DNA of 36,856 nt from contig JAUWXE010000003.1 of the NCBI GenBank assembly GCA_030616535.1, positions 1 through 36,856 on the forward strand, read 5' to 3'. The first letter of the stretch is position 1. Each line of letters starts with the position of its first letter. Under the pieces are notes generated by a model. It saw only the letters and a program-made list of their open reading frames with translations. It did no database searches and had not been told where the DNA came from. Made by a program: the position numbers and the translations under genes. This document shows positions 8,243-17,701 of the stretch, piece by piece. Origin of the DNA: Candidatus Aerophobota bacterium. GTDB lineage: Bacteria; Aerophobota; Aerophobia; Aerophobales; AE-B3A.

Positions 8243-9520
8243 ATGTTGCATAAGTCTATTGGTGTCCAAGCAATAGGGATATTCATAATATCTCTGCTTA
8301 TTTGCTCCAGCGCAAGTGCTGTGAAAATTACCGTTTGGGATCAATACACCGCACCTGATATGTCACCTGCTGTGGACAAGTTGAATGCTCTTTTCGAAAA
8401 AGCAAATCCTGATATTCAAATTGAGAGAGTGGCGATGAGCGGAGAAGATATGAGGAAAGTTCTTAAGACCGCTTTGTTGGCAGGAGAAAAGCTGGATGTT
8501 GTTTACACTGAGGTTGGTCCGGGTCATATGGGTTTGCTTGCGCGAGCTGGTCTGTTGATTGATTTGACAGAGGTGTATGAGCGATATGGATGGACTGAAC
8601 GGGTGTATGAATTTCCAAGAACCATAGCGACATTTGATGGAAAAATTTGGGGAATTGGAAATGAATTAGAGTATTTAACAACCTACTACAACAAAGATGT
8701 ATTCCAGGAACTAGGACTTGAGATACCCAATAGTTATGAAGAATTGATCTGGATTTGTGAAAAGCTCAAATCTAAGGGATATATTCCATTTGGTTTCGCA
8801 AGTAAAGACTATTGGACTTCTGTGCATCCCTTTGCCGTTTTTGTAAACCTTCTGATTCCTAAAGATGAGTTGGATGAAATTCTCCTCGAAAAGGACAAAT
8901 GGGATCATCCTGGTTTGGCTCGAGCACTCGAGATATGGTCTATCGAGTTTCCGCAAAAGGGATACTTTTCAAAAGACTTTCAAGCCTTAGGTTACAACGA
9001 CGGAAATATGCTTTTTTATACTGAAAAAGCACCTATGCGTCTTACTGGAACATGGCTACTTGGAGATATCATGGAAAATGTGAAAACTTTCGAACCCAGT
9101 AGTTTCTTATTCCCCCAAATCAAAAAAGATATACCGGTTCGAGTCCCTATGGTGTGTGGTTCTGGCTACTGTGTTCCAAAAGCAACTCTGTATCCTGAAG
9201 AATGTTTCAAATATCTAGATTTCTTACTGTCCGACGAAGCTGGTAAAATATGGATAGAAGAAGCCAAACTTGTTCCACCTTTTCCTGTGAGCCTTGAAGG
9301 TCTTGAATTAGCTCCTTTACAAAAGGACGTAATACGGTCACTTTTCGAAATTGATGGTGGTCACTTTATTGATATTTACAGTACAGCAAGATGGTGGAAC
9401 GAACTCTGTTCCTTGATGCAGGGAATTTATGCTGGCAAAGAAACAGTAGACGGAACTATTAACAAGCTGAATAGGATATGGAAAGAAGAACGAGAAAAAG
9501 GACTTTTGAGATCTAGATAA
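8243..9520 (+). CDS. Sugar ABC transporter substrate-binding protein (CUT1)
   Basis: Signal peptide ending ASA, then ITVWD, FEKANPDIQIE, YYNKDVFQELGLEIPNSYEEL, TGTW. Strong RBS AAGGAGG. Confidence 0.92.
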   Translation: MLHKSIGVQAIGIFIISLLICSSASAVKITVWDQYTAPDMSPAVDKLNALFEKANPDIQIERVAMSGEDMRKVLKTALLAGEKLDVVYTEVGPGHMGLLARAGLLIDLTEVYERYGWTERVYEFPRTIATFDGKIWGIGNELEYLTTYYNKDVFQELGLEIPNSYEELIWICEKLKSKGYIPFGFASKDYWTSVHPFAVFVNLLIPKDELDEILLEKDKWDHPGLARALEIWSIEFPQKGYFSKDFQALGYNDGNMLFYTEKAPMRLTGTWLLGDIMENVKTFEPSSFLFPQIKKDIPVRVPMVCGSGYCVPKATLYPEECFKYLDFLLSDEAGKIWIEEAKLVPPFPVSLEGLELAPLQKDVIRSLFEIDGGHFIDIYSTARWWNELCSLMQGIYAGKETVDGTINKLNRIWKEEREKGLLRSR

Positions 9521-9545
9521 AGTAAAGCGGTGTGATTTGACTGAC

Positions 9546-9598
9546 CCCATTAAGCTTCTCCTGCTATGCCTAAATCGAAAGAGGAGGAGCTTAATGGG
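9546..9598 (+). terminator. Intercistronic 17-bp stem-loop (mRNA stabiliser or attenuator) between the binding-protein and permease genes
   Basis: CCCATTAAGCTTCTCCT ... AGGAGGAGCTTAATGGG with one G-U pair. No U-tract follows on the + strand. Confidence 0.6.
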
Positions 9599-9653
9599 CA
9601 GAAAATGAAAGACTTATAAGTAACTTCTATGAGAAGCAGGAGGAGAAGGTGAA

Positions 9654-10532
9654 ATGAGGAGATTAAAATTACTGGCAAGGCAAAGTGGGATTTACTGTTT
9701 TATAATACCTGCCTTGGCTCTGTATGTAGTGTTTATTTTTTATCCTATGATTCATACATTATTGCTAAGTTTTCACGAGTGGAATGGTGCCACAATAACA
9801 AAGAAATACGTGGGTTTTGCTAACTACGTAAAGCTTATCTACGATGATATATTTTTAATTTCCTTAATGCACAACGTAATTTGGTTAATGTTAAGTCTTG
9901 CTCTACCAGTTAGCCTTGGTTTGCTATTAGCATTGTTGTTGAGCGAGAAAACAAAAGGGAGGGAGCTTTTGACAATTATTTACTATCTTCCCGCTATGAT
10001 TTCTCTTGTTGCTGTAGGGATAATATGGAGCCTAATTTATCACCCACAGTGTGGCATTTTGAATGGAGTACTTAGATTGATTGGACTAGATTTTCTTACT
10101 CGTCCGTGGCTCGGTCAAACCCCTTGGGTTTTGCTAGCCCTGATAGCTGCTGGAGCATGGACCTACTTTGGATTCTGTACTCTACTTTTCCTTGCTGGAT
10201 TACAAAATATTGATCCTCAGTTGTACGATGCGGCTAAAGTCGATGGAGCTGGTAGATTACAGCAATTCTTGCACATTACAGTCCCTCTACTGAGGAACGT
10301 AACTACATTAGTTGTTATATGGACTACTATAGGTTCATTTAAAGTCTTTGACATTGTGTGGGCGATGACTCGGGGAGGTCCGCATCACTCCACAGAAGTC
10401 GTTACCAGTTGGTTATATAAGCAAGCATTTGAAGCATCACGAGTAGGCTATGGAGCTGCTATATCAATATGCTTACTTGCCATTATTCTCATTTTAACAC
10501 TTGCATATTTATCTTATGCTGAGAGGGAGTAA
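9654..10532 (+). CDS. Carbohydrate ABC transporter permease (MalF/UgpA-like)
   Basis: YVGFANY, hydrophobic helices, EAA-loop LYDAAKVDGA, MTRGGP, GYGAAIS. Confidence 0.93.
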   Translation: MRRLKLLARQSGIYCFIIPALALYVVFIFYPMIHTLLLSFHEWNGATITKKYVGFANYVKLIYDDIFLISLMHNVIWLMLSLALPVSLGLLLALLLSEKTKGRELLTIIYYLPAMISLVAVGIIWSLIYHPQCGILNGVLRLIGLDFLTRPWLGQTPWVLLALIAAGAWTYFGFCTLLFLAGLQNIDPQLYDAAKVDGAGRLQQFLHITVPLLRNVTTLVVIWTTIGSFKVFDIVWAMTRGGPHHSTEVVTSWLYKQAFEASRVGYGAAISICLLAIILILTLAYLSYAERE

Positions 10533-10533
10533 A

Positions 10534-11382
10534 TTGAAAAATAAGCTATCTTACAAGTCATCAGAAAAGCTAGTAGCTGTGGCTAAATACGGTTTTTTAG
10601 CGTTCGTCACCTTGTTGGCACTGGCTCCCGTCGTTTGGGTTTGGATCGGTGCATTCAAGAGTCATCTTCAAATATATTTAAACCCATTTGGATTTCCAGA
10701 GACTTTTAATTATAGGAACCTCATAAACGCTTGGACAATAGGAAGATTTTCAGTGTATTTTAAAAATAGTGTAATCATGACACTAGCAACGGTGGTTATA
10801 GTCGTATTATTATCTTCCTTGGCAGGATTTGCTTTTGGCATGTTTAATTTTCGGGGAAATAAACCAATCTTTTATTTTATGCTAATTGGCCTCCTGATGC
10901 CTCCACAAGCATTTATTATCGGTCTTTATTACCTACTGAAAGATATTGGTCTTCTTAATACATACTGGGCCTTTATTCTTCCTAGTGCTGGTGCAAATGT
11001 GTGTTTTGGAACATTTATGATGCGAGCTTATTTTAAGAGTTTACCTAGAGAGCTACTAGATTCAGCATATCTGGACGGATGTTCAAAGCTTCAATCATTT
11101 ATTTACATAATGGCTCCGTTAGCGAAACCAGCAATGATAGCTCTTTTTATCTTCCAAACTGTATGGAATTGGAAAGATTTTTTTCTTGCCTTTATGCTTA
11201 TCCACAAGGAGTCGTTGAGGCCAATTACTGTGGGCCTGATCTTCTTTAAAGGGCGATATACATCAGACTTTGGTTTGATATTATCAGGAGTCACCATCGC
11301 TACTTTTCCTTTAATAGTTGTCTATTTGGTCATGCATAAACGCTTTGTTAAAGGGGTAATCGAAGGAGCTCTTAAAGGCTAA
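10534..11382 (+). CDS. Carbohydrate ABC transporter permease (MalG/UgpE-like)
   Basis: YFKNS, LPRELLDSAYLDGCS, C-terminal FVKGVIEGALKG. TTG start after GAGGGAG (ORF track gives 10501). Confidence 0.93.
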   Translation: MKNKLSYKSSEKLVAVAKYGFLAFVTLLALAPVVWVWIGAFKSHLQIYLNPFGFPETFNYRNLINAWTIGRFSVYFKNSVIMTLATVVIVVLLSSLAGFAFGMFNFRGNKPIFYFMLIGLLMPPQAFIIGLYYLLKDIGLLNTYWAFILPSAGANVCFGTFMMRAYFKSLPRELLDSAYLDGCSKLQSFIYIMAPLAKPAMIALFIFQTVWNWKDFFLAFMLIHKESLRPITVGLIFFKGRYTSDFGLILSGVTIATFPLIVVYLVMHKRFVKGVIEGALKG

Positions 11383-11596
11383 AAACTAATAACGGAATGG
11401 CGGATAGCTTTCGATGAATCTTCTACAATATCTATGTAAGTATTTTATAAGATAAGAGTCCTAACGAGATTTAATGTGAAAAAGAGACAAGGTTCTATGA
11501 CAAAAAGTGGGGTTCCACAGAGGTATTTTTTCGCTTCTATGTTAGTAAATTTCATTTTTTATATTTTACAAAATTTGGAATAGGAGGACTGTAGTT

Positions 11597-13150
11597 GTGT
11601 ACTTTCTGGGATTAGATGTGGGAACTTCTGTGGTCAAAGGTGCAATTTTTACCGAGAAAGGTCAGCCGGTAGCGTTAAACCGATTAGAATACCAATTAAA
11701 TTACCCTCATCCAGGATGGATTGAAATTGATCCCGATCTTGTTTGGGATAAAGTTAAAAAGCTGATTTCAGAGTTAGTCGGGAGCAGCAATGTTAAACCT
11801 GCGGAAATTGTAAGTATTTGTCCTTCTGTTCTGGGAGAAGCTATTGTTCCCATAAACAAGAAGGGAAAACCTCTCTATAACTTCATAGAAGGATGGGATG
11901 GAAGGGGAAACTACTACGAAGAAGAAATATCGTTTCTGGAAGAAAAGATTGGGAGATATAAAATCTACGACATATCTGGCGTTACTTTATCTTCACTGGC
12001 TTCTATCCATAAAATACTCTGGTTAATAAAGCATAAACCAGAAATCTACGAGAAAACTTTCAAATTTCTTTTTATGGAAGACTTCATTATTGCTAAACTG
12101 ATCGGTGAATATTTTGTAAACTATTCTTTGGCTTGCCGTTCTATGCTTTTTGACAGGGTAGAGAAAAAATGGTCGGAAGAAATTCTTGGGGAAGCCGCTC
12201 TTAGTCCAGACCTTTTTTCATTACCTGTACCCTCAGGAACAATAGTTGGATCAGTGGCGGAGTTTGTTGCCAGCGAGCTTGGATTGAGCGAGAAAACCAA
12301 AGTGGTCACAGGAGGCCATGATCAATGTTGTGCTGCTTTAGGAGTAGGGATAATTTCAGAAGGTCCGGCTTTTAACGGGATGGGGACGGTGGAGGTAATA
12401 GCTGGAGTTACCGAAAGGCCGAGATTAGAGCATCACCTTTCAGATAGTAATATCGCCAATTATTGTCATGTATTAAAAGATAAGTATCTTCTTTTGGGCG
12501 TCAACCCGACTTTTGGCATGGCGTTGAAATGGTTTAAGGATGTATTTGTAAAAGGAAGAAATTCTATTGAGAACAGAGAGGGTAGAGGCATTTACGAGAT
12601 TATCATCGAGGAAGCCGAACAATCTTCACCGGGAGCTAAGGGTTTATTCTTTCTTCCTCATCTTCAGGGAACTTTTTCTGGAAGTTTTCAAGCTCTCAAC
12701 CCAAACTCTAGAGCTGCCTTCATAGGTCTTAGGTCCTTTCATAAGATTGGTGATATGGTGAGGGCTATCCTGGAAGGTGTATGTTTTGAAACTAGAAATC
12801 TCATAATTGAGATGGAGAAAGTCTTAGAAATTACCGATTTGAGAGTGTCTGGTGGACCTACTAATTCAGATTTATGGATGAAGATTAAGGCCGATATTTC
12901 TCAAAAGAAGCTGTTGGTTCCCGAAAAAAGTGAGGCTGGATTGATAGGAACACTAATTTTATCCACTATAGCTACCGGTGTTTATAAGGATACCGAAGAG
13001 GCTATATTGAGTATTTTTAAAGTGAAAAGATCTATAACACCAGAAGAAAAAATTGGGGTATTTTACACTTCTCGGTTTAATATCTTCAAAAAAATATATC
13101 CAACTTTATTTGAAATCTACGAACAGATGGGTTCTCTGAATAATCGATAA
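11597..13150 (+). CDS. FGGY-family carbohydrate kinase (xylulokinase-like)
   Basis: LGLDVGTS, PHPGWIEIDP, GGHDQ, GTVE, FLPHLQG, RAILEGV, VSGG. RBS AGGAGG precedes the GTG start. Confidence 0.92.
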   Translation: MYFLGLDVGTSVVKGAIFTEKGQPVALNRLEYQLNYPHPGWIEIDPDLVWDKVKKLISELVGSSNVKPAEIVSICPSVLGEAIVPINKKGKPLYNFIEGWDGRGNYYEEEISFLEEKIGRYKIYDISGVTLSSLASIHKILWLIKHKPEIYEKTFKFLFMEDFIIAKLIGEYFVNYSLACRSMLFDRVEKKWSEEILGEAALSPDLFSLPVPSGTIVGSVAEFVASELGLSEKTKVVTGGHDQCCAALGVGIISEGPAFNGMGTVEVIAGVTERPRLEHHLSDSNIANYCHVLKDKYLLLGVNPTFGMALKWFKDVFVKGRNSIENREGRGIYEIIIEEAEQSSPGAKGLFFLPHLQGTFSGSFQALNPNSRAAFIGLRSFHKIGDMVRAILEGVCFETRNLIIEMEKVLEITDLRVSGGPTNSDLWMKIKADISQKKLLVPEKSEAGLIGTLILSTIATGVYKDTEEAILSIFKVKRSITPEEKIGVFYTSRFNIFKKIYPTLFEIYEQMGSLNNR

Positions 13151-13228
13151 GGAGAAAATGAGATATATCTCATTATTAACCAAAAATACATGTTCCCATT
13201 GGGGACATTGCAAAGGATGGAGAAAAAA

Positions 13229-14587
13229 ATGGAAGCAACATATGATCCTTTAGTTTTCAACAGTGAGTATGAAAGTGTCCATAAAGAAAAGTTTATTATC
13301 GCTACATATTATGTGGAACACAAAGCGGAAGGTGAGATTTTGGACCATTTGAATGTTATCCAGCCTATGCTGCTACAGGGTTCTACCGGGACCTGGCAAA
13401 AAATTCCTGAAGATACTGCAAAAATAAGAGAACTTTTTACCCCTAAGGTCATCGGATATTATCCTGTTCCCACCGAAAGCGAAAACCATAAGAAGGCGAT
13501 TGTAAATATGGCCTTACATACAGAATCTTTCTCTCACAATTTTCCCATGTTGTTGATAGCTATAGCCGGAAATATTCTTTTCTTTCCTGGAGTAATTAAA
13601 TTGGTGGGTATTCATTTTCCTAAAAGCTTTTGCCAGGAGTTCACCGGACCCAAATTTGGTATCTCTGGCATCCGAAAACTCTTAGGAGTTCCTGAAAGAC
13701 CCTTCGTATTAACCATCATTAAACCCAAAATGGGCATGACACCGCAAGAAACTGCAGAACAGGCATACAAAGCTGCAATCGGGGGATCGGATATGGTTAA
13801 AGATGATGAGATGTGTAGCGAGACCTTTAACTGTTCCTTTAAAGATCGAGTCAGGATGGTTAGCCAGGCATTGAAAAGAGCTTATGAGGAGAACGGGCAA
13901 AAGACTCTCTACTTTGTGAGTATCACTGACAGACCCAGTAAGATGAAGCACAAAGCCAAACTAGCTATAGAAATGGGGGCTGGCGGCCTTCTGGTGGGCT
14001 TTACCGCTGGTTACTCTGTCATTCGAGATCTAGCTAAGGATTCGGATATTAACGTACCCATACTTATGCATCCTACCAGTGTAGCTTCCCAGACTTCAGT
14101 CTTTAGATTCCCTGTTATCTGTAAGCTAGCACGATTGGCCGGTGCTGACTTAGTGCTCAATGCTACCCGCTGGGCTACTTTGCCCTTTGTATCTTTAGAG
14201 GATGGCGTAAGAGCTAATCAAATCCTGCAGGCTCCTATGTATCATATTAATCCATCTCTTTCTGCTCCCAGTGGAGGAATGCACCCTGGTCTGGTTCCTG
14301 AATTAGTGAAAGAATGTGGTCCCGATATTTTTATTCCTGCAGGAGGAGGTATTCACGGTCATCCTAAAGGTACAACCGCTGGAGCAAAAGCTATGCGACA
14401 GGCTATTGAGGCTACTATGAGAGAAATATCACTGGAAGAAGCCTCTAAGGCTCCGGATAACCGAGAGCTGAAAGATGCAGTGGAGAAATTTGGAATCTTT
14501 CATCGTCCCACCACTAGATGGTTTAGAACAGTTTCAGAGTGGGAGAATAAAACTTCTATATTGACAGGTTACGATTACAGTAAGTAA
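13229..14587 (+). CDS. RuBisCO-like protein (form IV RLP)
   Basis: STGTW, AGN, GPKFGISGIR, IIKPKMG, KDDE (carbamylated Lys and Mg ligands), SGG and GGGIHGHP are present. Equivalents of R295, H327 and K334 are missing. ATG 13229 follows GGAG (ORF track gives 13190). Confidence 0.93.
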   Translation: MEATYDPLVFNSEYESVHKEKFIIATYYVEHKAEGEILDHLNVIQPMLLQGSTGTWQKIPEDTAKIRELFTPKVIGYYPVPTESENHKKAIVNMALHTESFSHNFPMLLIAIAGNILFFPGVIKLVGIHFPKSFCQEFTGPKFGISGIRKLLGVPERPFVLTIIKPKMGMTPQETAEQAYKAAIGGSDMVKDDEMCSETFNCSFKDRVRMVSQALKRAYEENGQKTLYFVSITDRPSKMKHKAKLAIEMGAGGLLVGFTAGYSVIRDLAKDSDINVPILMHPTSVASQTSVFRFPVICKLARLAGADLVLNATRWATLPFVSLEDGVRANQILQAPMYHINPSLSAPSGGMHPGLVPELVKECGPDIFIPAGGGIHGHPKGTTAGAKAMRQAIEATMREISLEEASKAPDNRELKDAVEKFGIFHRPTTRWFRTVSEWENKTSILTGYDYSK

Positions 14588-14619
14588 AAACATAATTTAT
14601 TGCACAAGGAGGGACGAAA

Positions 14620-15603
14620 ATGAGAAAAATTAAGTTCTCGGCTGGTTTAGCAGCATTTGGAAATGGAATCGACCGCTATGTAAACTTGGGATACAAAGAA
14701 AGTGTAACTGTTGAAAAAATGATTGAATTGGCTGGTGCTGTAGAAGACCTGGAGGGTGTTGAACTTGTAGAAAACTGGCATGTTAATAAAAATAATTTAA
14801 ATGCGATCAAAGAATGTTTAGAAAAATATAGGTTTAAAGTATCAATGGTCATTCCAGATCTTTGGGCAACTAAGAAATGGGCTATGGGAAGTCTAAGTGC
14901 AAAGGATGCAAAAACAAGGGAGGAGGCTAAGGAAACTATTATTAATGCTATAGAAATGGCTAAGAGGATTGATTGTGATTTAATCGATGTTTGGTTTGGC
15001 CAGGACGGATGGGATTACTCCTTTGAGGTTGACTATCTCCAATCCTGGCAATTTTTAGTAGAGGGATTGAGGGAAGTTGCTGATTATGACGCCGGTATAA
15101 GAATTGGGATAGAGCATAAAATTAAAGAGCCGCGATGCTTTGCTCATGTAGGCTCCATTGGGAAACTTATGCTCCTTATCAAAGAAGTAGAAAGACCCAA
15201 TATAGGAGTAGTATGTGATTTTGGCCACTGTTTTGAGGGTTATGAGAATCTGGGACAGGTACTGGCTCTAATGAAACATTATGGGGTAAAACTGTTTCAT
15301 ACTCACTTCAATGATAACTATCGTCTATGGGATGACGATCTGATTTCTTGTTCTGTACATACCATTGAATACATTGAAGCTTTCTATTGGTTACAAAAGG
15401 TAGATTACCAGGGTTGGTACTCCCTTGATATTTTCCCCTTCCGTATTGATAGCATCAAAGCTGCTACGGAAAGCATAAAATGGATAAAAGCTCTGGCAGG
15501 AGTGGTAGATAAAGTTGGAGTTGATAAGATTGATGAGGTCATCAAAGATGGCGATGCCTGTGATGCTCAGAAGCTCATTCGAGAGGCAATATTTGGCTTT
15601 TAG
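14620..15603 (+). CDS. Xylose/L-rhamnose-isomerase-like sugar isomerase (TIM barrel)
   Basis: WFGQDG, EHKIKEPR, DFGH, HFNDN..WDDD and SLDIFP match the two-metal ligand pattern of aldose-ketose isomerases. Confidence 0.85.
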   Translation: MRKIKFSAGLAAFGNGIDRYVNLGYKESVTVEKMIELAGAVEDLEGVELVENWHVNKNNLNAIKECLEKYRFKVSMVIPDLWATKKWAMGSLSAKDAKTREEAKETIINAIEMAKRIDCDLIDVWFGQDGWDYSFEVDYLQSWQFLVEGLREVADYDAGIRIGIEHKIKEPRCFAHVGSIGKLMLLIKEVERPNIGVVCDFGHCFEGYENLGQVLALMKHYGVKLFHTHFNDNYRLWDDDLISCSVHTIEYIEAFYWLQKVDYQGWYSLDIFPFRIDSIKAATESIKWIKALAGVVDKVGVDKIDEVIKDGDACDAQKLIREAIFGF

Positions 15604-15674
15604 ATAAGGTTTTCTACGATATCCTTTACAAAAATGAATTTGAAAGGTTTGCACTACATTTCATAGGAGGCTAC

Positions 15675-16640
15675 ATGGAAAAAAGGCTACCAAGAGAGAA
15701 ATTGATTGAAATGTATAGGAAAATGTTAAGGATTAGACACTTTGAAGATAGAATTTACCGACTCTTCTTAAGCGGGACTATGCCAGGGACTATTCATCTT
15801 TCCCAGGGACAGGAGGCAATAGCAGTAGGAGTATGTGCCAATCTCAGTAAGGATGACATAATTACCGGCACCCATCGATCTCATGGTGAAGCTCTGGCTA
15901 AAGGTGTTTCTATGAAATCATTGATGGCCGAACTCTTTGCTCGGTCTAACGGTTGTTGCAAGGGGAAAGGCGGCTCGATGCATGTGGGTGATATTGATGT
16001 AGGAATGCTTCCGGCTATAGCTATAGTGGGAGGAGGAATTCCTGTGGCTACCGGTATAGCACTGGCCTTTAAGATGAAAAGATTAGATCGGGTAGCCGTT
16101 TCCTTCTTCGGAGACGGAGCTTCCAATGAAGGTGCTTTCCATGAGGCGATCAATATGGGAGCTATTTGGGATCTACCCGTCATCTATGTTTGTGAGAACA
16201 ACCTCTATGGAGCCTCTACTCATGTTAGCAAGGTAATGAAGTTAAAAGATATCGCTAATCGAGCTTTCTCTTACGGGATACCGGGGGTGGTGGTGGACGG
16301 CAATGATGTAGTGGCGGTATATGAGGTAGCAAGGAAGGCTATAGATAGAGCAAGGAAAGGTGAGGGTCCAACGTTAATTGAGTGCAAGACCTACCACATA
16401 GGAGGTCATTCTCGTTCTGATCCCAGGCAATATAGAGATAAGGAAGAAGAAAAGAGGTGGCTGGCCAAGGATCCCATCCCCAGAATGAAAAAGAAATTGA
16501 TTGCGACGAATATTTTGAGCTCAGAAAAATCAGAGAATATAGAGGCCGCAATTGAAAAAGAAATAGACGAGGCTATAAAATTTGCCCAGAGTAGTCCCTC
16601 GCCGAAACCAGAAGATGCTCTAAGGGATGTATTTGCTTAA
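15675..16640 (+). CDS. TPP-dependent dehydrogenase E1 alpha subunit (AcoA/PdhA-like)
   Basis: HLSQGQEA, THRSHG, GKGGSMH, TPP motif GDGASNEG...ENN, GHSRSDP. Confidence 0.93.
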   Translation: MEKRLPREKLIEMYRKMLRIRHFEDRIYRLFLSGTMPGTIHLSQGQEAIAVGVCANLSKDDIITGTHRSHGEALAKGVSMKSLMAELFARSNGCCKGKGGSMHVGDIDVGMLPAIAIVGGGIPVATGIALAFKMKRLDRVAVSFFGDGASNEGAFHEAINMGAIWDLPVIYVCENNLYGASTHVSKVMKLKDIANRAFSYGIPGVVVDGNDVVAVYEVARKAIDRARKGEGPTLIECKTYHIGGHSRSDPRQYRDKEEEKRWLAKDPIPRMKKKLIATNILSSEKSENIEAAIEKEIDEAIKFAQSSPSPKPEDALRDVFA

Positions 16641-16656
16641 AGTTAAGGAGAATAAA

Positions 16657-17670
16657 TTGAGAAATTTAACTGTAGCGGAAGCTTTAAGAGAAGCGATAAG
16701 AGAAGAGATGAGGAGGGACGAGTCAGTCTTTTGTATTGGAGAGGATATAGGTATCAAAGGAGGCTGGGGAGGGGCTTTTACCGTTACTCTTGGGTTGTCG
16801 GAAGAATTTGGACACGAAAGGATTCTAGATACCCCCATCTCGGAGCTTGGTATAGCTGGTATAGCTGTAGGGGCAGCTCTTGCTGGAATGAGACCCATAG
16901 CCGATGTAGAATACGGAGATTTTATCTTCTTGGCCATGGATCAGCTCATAAATAATGCAGCTAAACTCCGATATATGTCAGCCGGCAAGTTAAAGGTTCC
17001 TATGGTTATGCGAATTCCCGTAGGAGCTTCAGGCAGAGGAGCCCAACATGCTCAATCCCTAGAGTCTTATTTTGTTCATGTTCCTGGACTCAAAGTTGTC
17101 TGTCCTTCTAATGCCTATGATGCCAAAGGACTTCTAAAAACAGCTATAAGGGACGATAATCCCGTAATGTTCTTTGAACACAAGCTTCTATACGGCGCTA
17201 AAGGAAGAAGGGAAGGTATAGATGCTCGAGGAGAAGTACCGGAAGAAGAGTATTTACTTCCTTTCGGAGTAGCTGAGATAAAAAGAGAGGGAGAGGATGT
17301 AACAGTAGTGGCCACCTTAAGAATGGTTTACGCAGCGTTATCGGCCGCTGAGGAACTGGAAAAAAGGGGGATAAGCGTGGAAGTGATAGATCCTCGAACT
17401 CTCACTCCTTTGGATTTAGAAACGATTTTAAAATCTGTTCATAAAACAAATAGGTTGATTATTGTTCATGAGGATAATTTAACTGGGGGATGGGGAGCAG
17501 AGTTAGCCACTCGGGTAACTAGTGAAGCTTTTGACTGGCTAGATGTTCCTGTAACGCGGATTGCTGCCCCAGATACCCCTGTTCCCTTTGCTCCCATAAT
17601 GGAAAATTATTTTGTCCCGAACAGTGAAGATATAGTTAGAACTGCAGCGAGTGTATTGGGTAAAAGTTAA
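16657..17670 (+). CDS. TPP-dependent dehydrogenase E1 beta subunit (AcoB/PdhB-like)
   Basis: GEDIG, DTPISE, DQLINNAAK, AQHAQS, FFEHK, IDPRTL.PLD. TTG start after AAGGAG (ORF track gives 16627). Confidence 0.93.
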   Translation: MRNLTVAEALREAIREEMRRDESVFCIGEDIGIKGGWGGAFTVTLGLSEEFGHERILDTPISELGIAGIAVGAALAGMRPIADVEYGDFIFLAMDQLINNAAKLRYMSAGKLKVPMVMRIPVGASGRGAQHAQSLESYFVHVPGLKVVCPSNAYDAKGLLKTAIRDDNPVMFFEHKLLYGAKGRREGIDARGEVPEEEYLLPFGVAEIKREGEDVTVVATLRMVYAALSAAEELEKRGISVEVIDPRTLTPLDLETILKSVHKTNRLIIVHEDNLTGGWGAELATRVTSEAFDWLDVPVTRIAAPDTPVPFAPIMENYFVPNSEDIVRTAASVLGKS

Positions 17671-17701
17671 AGATCACAATATAAAATTAAGGAATTGCAA
17701 A

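Noticed and set aside
13229-14587. Bona fide CO2-fixing RuBisCO or Calvin cycle
   Set aside because: K334, R295 and H327 equivalents are missing, and there is no prk, small subunit or AMP-pathway gene nearby.
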